Below are positions 57,314 to 64,000 of a stretch of DNA of 64,000 nucleotides, in pieces (position 1 is the stretch's first letter; every line of letters begins with the position of its first letter). The stretch lies in the IMG/VR virus record IMGVR_UViG_3300042922_001018. The stretch is one strand, 5' to 3'. A model generated the notes under the pieces. That model saw nothing but the letters and a program-made list of their open reading frames with translations. It had not been told where the DNA came from and ran no database searches. Origin of the DNA: a virus. Lineage: Duplodnaviria; Heunggongvirae; Uroviricota; Caudoviricetes. The translations under genes were made by a program, and so were the position numbers.

Positions 57314-58738
57314 TCATACTTCCGTCAAACCAAGGAACATATCGTAAATTGGCAGGTACGTGGACACGATGACCAGGACCATGATGAGACCCACGGCGCC
57401 GTTCGCGATAGGCTGGAGAGCCGTGGTGAGGTTCTCCGTGCGCTTGTGCGCTTCACGTCGGTAGAAGTCGGTGAGGTTCGCGAGCGCCTTGATTTCAGAA
57501 CCGGAGTCGAAACCGTTGCGCATGATGAAGCCAGCGGACGGCGGGATGAGGTAGCCGTCGGCGACGCCTGCGAAGTCGGAAGTACCGTTGTCCATGCGGC
57601 GGATGTGCGCGAGAAGGTGGTACTTGTACGCGGCGTTCGAGGAGGCTTCCGCAGCCGTCTTCAGTGCCTCGCGGTCGGACATACCGACTTCGAGGAGACC
57701 TGACAGGATGGAGAACACCTGGACGAGACGCTGCGACTGGAGCACCTTACCGAGGATGGGCACCTTCACGCTCATCCGGCCCAGCTTCATGCGAAGCCGC
57801 TCGTTGTAACGTCCCCAGAACTTGTAGTAGATGAACCACGAGATGCCCGAGACGATGGCGATAGCACCGACCCAGATGAGGCCCGTTCCGAGGTCCATGA
57901 CGAACTGAGACAGCGGCGGAAGCGGCTTGCCGAGGGACTCGAACATGTCCGCGAACACCGGCAGAACGAACAGGATGACCGCGTAGAGGAACAGGATGAT
58001 GACCGTGAAGAGGATGATGGGCTGCATGGTCGCGGACTTGATTTTCTGCTTCAAGTCCTGGCCTTCCAGCATGATTTCCGCGCCCTTCTTCAGGTTCACG
58101 GCCTCCGCACCGGACTGGGCACCAACGTGCAGAAGGTCCGCCACGATGCGAGGGAAAATCTTCTCCTCCTCGCGCATAGCGGCGGAGAACGACTTCTGAC
58201 CAGACGCGACAAGCTGGTACATGCGGGCGTAGGCGTTGCCCAGCTCGGTCTTCTTGTACTGCTCTGCCAGCGTCGCGAGCGGCCGTGTCTCACCACGGGC
58301 CGTTTCGAGCATTAGAGCGAGGATGCGGAGGGACTCCGCTACCTCAACCGGCTTGACGTTCTTGTCGAACTCCAGCCATTGCGGGCGGCGGGAAACCTTC
58401 TCCTTGACGGGACGCGCAGCCTTCTCGATGAGTTCGCGGAGAATCTTGTCCTGCTGCGCCTTCTGCGAGGCTTCGCGAGCTTCCAGCTTCTCGCGGTTCT
58501 TCTCCGAGGTCTTGCGCTGCTTCTCCAGACCGGCGCGTTCGCGAGCGAGCTGAGCCTCGGTCTGGACCTTCGGCTGCTTGGCAGCTTCGGTGTCGCGCTT
58601 GCCCTGTTCCTTCTGGTTTCGGGCGCGCTCCTTCTCCATCCGAGCCTGCTCTTTTGCGAACTCCTTGTCGCGCTTCGCCTGCTCCTTAGGGGACAGGTCG
58701 GAAACGACTCCGGGCGGGGTGTCCGGGTTAAGCGTCAT
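57314..58738 (-). CDS. pilC: Type IV pilus platform protein (GspF/PilC family)
   Basis: Two T2SSF-like domains; SFSAAM...FP; VLPVFADMFESLGKPLP; YLPIYDM. Confidence 0.88.
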   Translation of the reverse strand: MTLNPDTPPGVVSDLSPKEQAKRDKEFAKEQARMEKERARNQKEQGKRDTEAAKQPKVQTEAQLARERAGLEKQRKTSEKNREKLEAREASQKAQQDKILRELIEKAARPVKEKVSRRPQWLEFDKNVKPVEVAESLRILALMLETARGETRPLATLAEQYKKTELGNAYARMYQLVASGQKSFSAAMREEEKIFPRIVADLLHVGAQSGAEAVNLKKGAEIMLEGQDLKQKIKSATMQPIILFTVIILFLYAVILFVLPVFADMFESLGKPLPPLSQFVMDLGTGLIWVGAIAIVSGISWFIYYKFWGRYNERLRMKLGRMSVKVPILGKVLQSQRLVQVFSILSGLLEVGMSDREALKTAAEASSNAAYKYHLLAHIRRMDNGTSDFAGVADGYLIPPSAGFIMRNGFDSGSEIKALANLTDFYRREAHKRTENLTTALQPIANGAVGLIMVLVIVSTYLPIYDMFLGLTEV

Positions 58739-58807
58739 GGGTGTTCTCCTGGTCAGAAATCTAGGCCTACTCTATCACCCTGCGGCAACTCTCAGCGACG
58801 GGGAGGT

Positions 58808-59650
58808 TCAGTCCTTCCACACCTTGACTTGCTCGATGAGAAGAGTGTCCGTGTCCAACAGCCAGGTGTTGCGATTCGTCCATTCCAGCTCGGTACCACG
58901 CACAAGGGTCTGGAAGCCGCCCTCCCCTTCCGCGTGGTCGAAACTCACGAGCCGGTTGATGAAGTGATGCCAGTGGCCGTGCCAGAACTGGGCTGGCATC
59001 ACTTCGCGGAACACGCGGTCAAGCTGCGCACGGCTCTGGTTCGCGTAAGTGAGTTCCTCCGCACGCCAACCACCCGCTCGGGAGAGGGCGTCGAGTTCCG
59101 CAATGCCGAACGGCGCGTCATGCGCCAGCATGATGTCCATAGCGATGCCGATGCGTCGCAGCTTGCCGATGCGCTCGATGATGCGGTCCGCCTGAGCGGG
59201 CGTGATGTTCTCCTGGAGCCACCAGTCGAACCCGACCTTCCGATATCGGAAGTCGATGCTGGAAGCCCCGCCGAGAGCAAGACCGTGGAGGACGCCGTCT
59301 TCGCGCGCAGCGCTCGGGCGCTCGAATACGTAGCCGCGCGGCAGAATGTTCAGTCGGCCGCGGCGCCGGATGCCTTCGTCGTTGTGGAGTTCCGGCTCAT
59401 CCTCGACCTGCTTCTCAATCCAGTCGTAGCCTTCGTGGTTCCCGAGTACGACGTTCATGGTCAGCTCGCTCTTATCGAGCCAGTAGTTGAGGCTGTTCGC
59501 GTATGCGTTCGCGTCGGAGTAGCGGCCGAAGCCCAGGCCGAGGTCACCGAGGTGGAAGATTTCTTCCGCCCCGGCGCGCTTGAAGGCAGGGATGGCGCGT
59601 TGCGCCCACTTGATGTTCCCGTGCCAGTCTCCCGCTATTCCGATGAGCAT
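58808..59650 (-). CDS. Calcineurin-like metallophosphoesterase
   Basis: GDWHG, GDLG, GNHE, HD, GHWH motifs. Confidence 0.88.
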   Translation of the reverse strand: MLIGIAGDWHGNIKWAQRAIPAFKRAGAEEIFHLGDLGLGFGRYSDANAYANSLNYWLDKSELTMNVVLGNHEGYDWIEKQVEDEPELHNDEGIRRRGRLNILPRGYVFERPSAAREDGVLHGLALGGASSIDFRYRKVGFDWWLQENITPAQADRIIERIGKLRRIGIAMDIMLAHDAPFGIAELDALSRAGGWRAEELTYANQSRAQLDRVFREVMPAQFWHGHWHHFINRLVSFDHAEGEGGFQTLVRGTELEWTNRNTWLLDTDTLLIEQVKVWKD

Positions 59651-59695
59651 GTCAGCAGTCTACAGGAGCTTCGAGACTCAGCGAGTAGCCCGGTT

Positions 59696-60397
59696 CTAGA
59701 GCAGTAACTCTTTCACGTACTCCGGCGCGACGCCCTCTTCCAGAACGAGTCTCACCGTGGAGAACGGTAGCCCTCCTTCGGGCGGGATGACACCTTCGCT
59801 TACCGGGTTGCCAATCAGAGCGAAGACTGTCCGCGACAAGTCGTCTGGGGTGGCTCCTGAGTTCACAAGCCACAGAAGGTCATCCGTGCTCCACCGATGC
59901 GCGTAGTGCCCGAAGACGATGCCCGGCCACCCAGCGGCGAACTGAGCGGAGCGCGCGAACTTCCCCTTGCTGAACCAGCGGGCCGCGGTCATAATCTCCG
60001 GCGGCGCCATGCCGTAGTGGGAAACGAACAGCATCAAGTACGTGAGGCGCTGCGATGCCGTACGGTTCTCGACGCGCCGTGTCTGAGACCAGGCTACCGC
60101 TCGGGTGGTCTCACTGACCTCGTCTCGGGTAAACCCCGTCAGCTTCCACGGGTCGTCGATGTAGAGGTTCAGGTTGACGTTGTTGTCGTTTATCGCGAGC
60201 AGGGCAGCCGTCTCGAAGTCTTCGAGGAACCGACCGGCGCCGCGCAGCCAGGCCATGTTCGACTCTGTACCGGGGCTGGAGCTGCTGGCGGTACAGAGCG
60301 TGCGTAGAGCTGGCGCGTCTACGTGTCTGAACGCCTCTGCATAGCTGTAGACAGGACGGAACAGTCGGAATACGGGACGTTCGAGTTCACGCTTCAT
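59696..60397 (-). CDS. Hypothetical protein, paralog B
   Basis: YIDDPWKLTG...HYGMAPPE...LPFS...PEY; start moved to MKRELE. Confidence 0.7.
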   Translation of the reverse strand: MKRELERPVFRLFRPVYSYAEAFRHVDAPALRTLCTASSSSPGTESNMAWLRGAGRFLEDFETAALLAINDNNVNLNLYIDDPWKLTGFTRDEVSETTRAVAWSQTRRVENRTASQRLTYLMLFVSHYGMAPPEIMTAARWFSKGKFARSAQFAAGWPGIVFGHYAHRWSTDDLLWLVNSGATPDDLSRTVFALIGNPVSEGVIPPEGGLPFSTVRLVLEEGVAPEYVKELLL

Positions 60398-61100
60398 GAT
60401 GGAGCATCTCCCTTGCGTACTCCGGCGAGATGTCATCGGCCAGAACAGCTTGCAGGACACTGAACGGCAGCTCAGCGCGAGAGGTGGTGTTCGCAGACTT
60501 TATGCCCGTGAGCGCGGTGTACGCGGCCGTGAACGCCGCCTTGTCGTCGAACTCCACGAGCCACTTCATGTCCGCTGCGCTCCAGGTGCCAGCAGGCGTA
60601 CCGAAAAGGAGCGTGGCCCACCCATGAGTGTATGTGCGCACATCAGGGGCGATGGTACGGCCTCCGCTGTACCATTCAGCACACTTGATGAGTTCGTCCG
60701 GCGCCATACCGTGACGAGTTACGGTGCGCATCAGGAACGAGAGGCCCGAGAACCCGGTGTGCTCGCGGAGGAGCGGCGGCGTGTGCACAGCGGCGAGGTA
60801 GTGAGTGGCAAGGCTCACTTCTTCGTGGCGGTAGCCGGTCAGCTTCCAAGGGTCGGAGATGTAGGGGTGCAGCTTGCCCGGTATGCGCGACGGGTCTTCC
60901 GAGTATGCGACGGCGGCTTCCTCGAAGTCATCACCGAATCGTTCGTAGGCCCGGAGCCATGTCCGCGCTTCCGTGCTCGTGCTTCCGCCGAAGCCTTCTG
61001 AGACCACACCGAACACTTCAGGATGCAAGTCTTCACGGATGTAGAGCAGTTGTGACTTCGTCGGCGCGAACGCGTGGAACGCGGTCTGCGGAACAGTCAT
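60387..61100 (-). CDS. Hypothetical protein, paralog A
   Basis: YISDPWKLTG...RHGMAPDE...LPFS...PEY; TAGAGT-6nt-ATG. Confidence 0.7.
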   Translation of the reverse strand: MTVPQTAFHAFAPTKSQLLYIREDLHPEVFGVVSEGFGGSTSTEARTWLRAYERFGDDFEEAAVAYSEDPSRIPGKLHPYISDPWKLTGYRHEEVSLATHYLAAVHTPPLLREHTGFSGLSFLMRTVTRHGMAPDELIKCAEWYSGGRTIAPDVRTYTHGWATLLFGTPAGTWSAADMKWLVEFDDKAAFTAAYTALTGIKSANTTSRAELPFSVLQAVLADDISPEYAREMLHHEA

Positions 61101-61157
61101 ACGCACACTCTACAACGTGCAACCAGCATTGTCCAGTACCGGTGGTACGATGAGGGT

Positions 61158-61475
61158 GTGACTTTCGAACCGGGTGAAGATGTAATCGTCGAACGCTTCG
61201 GCGGATTCTACGCTGACCACGTTGCTGTGGTCGTCGGTGATTTCGTGGAGCTGGAGATGGGCGGGACCGCTATGCTGTCCAGCGTCCGCAGCTTCGACGA
61301 CCCTGAGGCGCAAGCTGCTATGAAGGCGACGCTGTACCAGCGTCGTGGAGAAGATGTCGAACGCGCTCTCCTTGCCTTCGAGACGGACCCGAGCGACGAG
61401 AACCGCGAGCGCCTCGTGTTCCTGTCGTCCCAGGTTCTCCACAAGGCGGAGACCGACGTAGACTCCGACGAGTAA
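61158..61475 (+). CDS. Hypothetical acidic protein
   Basis: TACGAT-6nt-GTG. Confidence 0.6.
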   Translation: MTFEPGEDVIVERFGGFYADHVAVVVGDFVELEMGGTAMLSSVRSFDDPEAQAAMKATLYQRRGEDVERALLAFETDPSDENRERLVFLSSQVLHKAETDVDSDE

Positions 61476-61480
61476 GCGCC

Positions 61481-61693
61481 ATGCTGAAGCAAGGCGTCCT
61501 GAAGACTTCGACGCACGCTCTCGCTCGCGCGCTCCTGGCTCGTCGGGAAGGTCCGCTCCGCGGCATCACTGTCGGGCGTTTCTTCATCTCCTGGGATGGG
61601 AAGCCTGGCGACTACATGGAGACCGTGGACACGGCCGAGTTCTTCGGCGAGGCCAAGACGAAAGACCGCTTCACCGTCGGAGCCTCGAACTAG
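61481..61693 (+). CDS. Small hypothetical protein
   Basis: Operonic, with coding bias. Confidence 0.55.
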   Translation: MLKQGVLKTSTHALARALLARREGPLRGITVGRFFISWDGKPGDYMETVDTAEFFGEAKTKDRFTVGASN

Positions 61694-61731
61694 GATTCCC
61701 TTCCGGCACGGCGTATGCTATGCTGTCGAGT

Positions 61732-61836
61732 ATGAATCGTTCACTGGTCTCCCTCGCGTGGCACGCGTTTGAAACGCGCGCCATTTCGGCACTGGGGCAG
61801 CCGACCGATTCGGCATACCCCAAGCTCATCCATTAG
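61732..61836 (+). CDS. Possible 34-aa leader peptide upstream of the HNH gene
   Basis: TATGCT-7nt-ATG; MNRSLVSLAWHAFETRAISALGQPTDSAYPKLIH. Confidence 0.35.
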   Translation: MNRSLVSLAWHAFETRAISALGQPTDSAYPKLIH

Positions 61837-61900
61837 GGCCACTCCAGGTGGCTCGCCCTAGAAGGCTCGAAGTCACGAAACGCGGAGGGAGGCTCGCAAG

Positions 61901-62410
61901 ATGACTAGCAGCGAACGAGAGCGTAGTGTCGTCGTCCTTGACGCGAGCTACCAGCCTCTCAACGTCGTGTCCTTCCGTCGCGCCATCGGTTACCTTCTCT
62001 CGAACAAGGCGACTGTGGTTGAGACGGACCCGGAGGTTCCTATAGGCATCACTCTGCCTGATGGAACGAACACAGCTCCTCGCGTCATTGCGTTCGCGTA
62101 CTCGGTGCCGTGGATGTGGACTCATGATGTTCCGTGGAACCGGCGTCGGATGCTGGAACGTGACAACTGGACGTGCGCTTACTGCGGTGGGCACGCGCGT
62201 ACCGTTGACCACGTTATGCCTCAGTCCCGTGGTGGTGGGAACACCTGGATGAACACGGTGGCTGCGTGCGGCCCTTGCAACAACAAGAAGGCCGACCGTA
62301 CGCCAGAAGAGGCCCACATGACGCTGCTGTTCCAGCCTCGCGTCATGTCTCGGCGTGAACTCTTCAAGCGTCGTATCGCTACGGCCGGAGTAGACATCGA
62401 CTGGTTGTGA
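61901..62410 (+). CDS. HNH endonuclease (McrA/HNH_5 type)
   Basis: VLDASYQPL; RDNWTCAYCG, TVDHVMPQSRGG, N.VAAC..CNNKK. Confidence 0.9.
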   Translation: MTSSERERSVVVLDASYQPLNVVSFRRAIGYLLSNKATVVETDPEVPIGITLPDGTNTAPRVIAFAYSVPWMWTHDVPWNRRRMLERDNWTCAYCGGHARTVDHVMPQSRGGGNTWMNTVAACGPCNNKKADRTPEEAHMTLLFQPRVMSRRELFKRRIATAGVDIDWL

Positions 62411-62413
62411 ACA

Positions 62414-62510
62414 CGAGTGCTCACTGCCAGCAGATGCCTGCATCTGCACGTTGTAATCGCGAGGCGATTACGGCTCATGGATGGCTCCATCCATCGGTTG
62501 TGAGCACTCG
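62414..62510 (+). ncRNA. Candidate structured element with a four-way junction (not a tRNA)
   Basis: 11-bp closing stem enclosing three 8-bp hairpins. Confidence 0.45.
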
Positions 62511-62521
62511 GCAGGAATAGA

Positions 62522-62562
62522 CGAAGCCCCCGGAGGGAACCATCCAACCTCCGGGGGCTTCG
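62522..62562. terminator. Hairpin terminator between convergent genes
   Basis: CGAAGCCCCCGGAGG / CCTCCGGGGGCTTCG. Confidence 0.7.
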
Positions 62563-62633
62563 CTTGGCGTATGCCCAACCTGACTACGTGTAGGCGGCGA
62601 AGGTTTCGCGACACGCCGTCTCTCAGGCTACGG

Positions 62634-63398
62634 TCAGCTTTCGATGAGCGACCGCCAGTTATACCGGGCCAATGCCACGACTGCCGAGAGGACTGCCCCG
62701 GCGACGCCCAGCGGCGTGAAGAATGCACAGGCCACCGCGAACACGATGGCGGCGGGCGCGAGCCAGAGCCAGCGCTTACCGTACCGGAAGGCGAACACGA
62801 TGGCGCTCACCACGGTGAACAGCGTGAGAGCGATAGCGAAGACTGCCACCCAGCTCAGGAGCGCAGAGTTGGAACCATCGAACCGGTCCAGCCCGATGAG
62901 GGCAACGATGGACGAGAACAGCATCATGAAGAGGATGGGGAGCTGGCCGATAGCTGATGCCACCGCCGAGAAGGTCACTCCTCGGCTGAGGATGCTTCGA
63001 CCGACGGCGACACCGAGGAGGGGGATGCTCACGATGGTAGTGGCGAGCGCCATCCAGCCGAGCGCGCTCCCCAGGATGGGCCAGAAGCCGCTGAGTGCGC
63101 CTGCGGCAAGGTTCGCCACCCAGCCGATGCCCGCGATGAGCAGAATGAGGGCGGAACCGGCGTAGATGGCGGTGGTTGCACCAGGGCCGATGGTGAAGAG
63201 GTCGCGAATAGCGCGGTCCTGACGCCGGGCGGCTGCTCGGTCGGAAGCGCTACGTTGACGTGCGCCTGGGACGCGAGTCGTGTACGCCTTGCCTTCGAAG
63301 TAGGTAGTGCGGGCAGTGACCTGCCCCTTCTTGTTCCGGTGCTCCGTGAACTCCGGAAGCGCACCCCAGGTCTTGACCTTGCGACTGTATTTGCCCAC
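62634..63398 (-). CDS. Multi-TM membrane protein with basic N-terminus
   Basis: About 5-6 hydrophobic segments; TAGCCT-6nt-GTG. Confidence 0.7.
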   Translation of the reverse strand: MGKYSRKVKTWGALPEFTEHRNKKGQVTARTTYFEGKAYTTRVPGARQRSASDRAAARRQDRAIRDLFTIGPGATTAIYAGSALILLIAGIGWVANLAAGALSGFWPILGSALGWMALATTIVSIPLLGVAVGRSILSRGVTFSAVASAIGQLPILFMMLFSSIVALIGLDRFDGSNSALLSWVAVFAIALTLFTVVSAIVFAFRYGKRWLWLAPAAIVFAVACAFFTPLGVAGAVLSAVVALARYNWRSLIES

Positions 63399-63435
63399 GA
63401 CGCTAGGCTACCAGCATCCGCGGACATACGCAACA

Positions 63436-63930
63436 TCACATGCGTTTGGCGTTCTTGATACCCGCCCCGGCTGGCCCTGGGGGCTTTCGCGGCAAGAGGC
63501 TGCCGAAGGCTCCAGCGAACGCTGCGGTGACTGTGATGGCAATGCCGAAGATGCCGATGTAGACGAACCGTTCGGACCCTTCGAGGAAGAAGAAGTTGGG
63601 CGTCATGAGGATGTATGCCATGGCGATACCTAGCGTGAACGGTACGCTTCCCATTGCGAACCAGACGGCCCACCATGCGCGTCTAAGCCGCATCACTTTC
63701 TTCGTTGGCGCGACTCGTAGGATGTCGCCTTCGCGCGTCTGGTACCGGTTTATGAACGCCATCTCCAGTACGATGCCGCGTTTCCCATCGGCTGCGCGCA
63801 AGTCGATGGAGTCCTTACCGGAACGTGTCAGATACCCGTAGTAGGCTCTCTTGACGCGCGCGACCTGCCCGCCGGGCAGGGTAATCCACTGTCCTACGAG
63901 CGCCTCAGGCGTCAGCACCAACAAGTTCAC
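63436..63930 (-). CDS. Two-TM membrane protein
   Basis: Soluble N-terminal domain plus two TM helices. Confidence 0.6.
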   Translation of the reverse strand: MNLLVLTPEALVGQWITLPGGQVARVKRAYYGYLTRSGKDSIDLRAADGKRGIVLEMAFINRYQTREGDILRVAPTKKVMRLRRAWWAVWFAMGSVPFTLGIAMAYILMTPNFFFLEGSERFVYIGIFGIAITVTAAFAGAFGSLLPRKPPGPAGAGIKNAKRM

Positions 63931-64000
63931 GGGGAGTTCCTTCGCGTACCCATTCCCCGTTCCGACGCACTTCGACGACGGTCGTCTCAGGGTCGTCTAG

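Noticed and set aside
62414-62510. Cloverleaf as a tRNA
   Set aside because: No 7-nt anticodon loop, no TTC T-loop and no CCA end; stem lengths do not fit.
1-64000. Calling the window a prophage or IS-bearing island
   Set aside because: No capsid, portal, terminase, tail, integrase or transposase recognised; the element type cannot be settled from this window.

Overview
High-GC window (roughly 64-65% GC by eye) with actinobacterial-style, heavily leaderless genes. It has no chromosomal housekeeping genes and no capsid, terminase or tail genes. It most likely comes from a large actinobacterial mobile replicon (megaplasmid, ICE or phage-plasmid). Layout: (1) 0.1-19.2 kb is a cluster of mostly unrelated, mostly acidic proteins. 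Seventeen of them, plus one outlier at 26.5-27.1 kb, share a ~28-aa N-terminal leader (consensus MTFNETEHPRATDGKFAEKTGAAPEVSL), and many are preceded by a non-SigA motif, CCGCCTACA. The cluster is interrupted by ssb and a peptidoglycan-hydrolase (M23)/membrane-protein block. (2) 19.2-19.8 kb is a repeat-rich, AT-rich non-coding origin candidate. (3) 19.8-33 kb is a replication/regulation block: MinD/ParA/CpaE-like ATPase, mIHF-like protein, sigma-like protein, DUF2637, ArdA-like, NrdH, TOPRIM primase-helicase and a Holliday-junction resolvase. (4) 33-59 kb is a type IV pilus locus: pilB, pilT, lipoproteins, three large pilin-like adhesins, seven tandem pilins with an almost invariant non-canonical N-terminus, pilD and pilC. 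(5) 59-64 kb holds accessory genes, including an HNH nuclease followed by a four-way-junction structured element. The best candidate for an undescribed system is the leader-tagged cargo array with its own promoter motif. All family calls come from motif recognition by eye; no searches were run.
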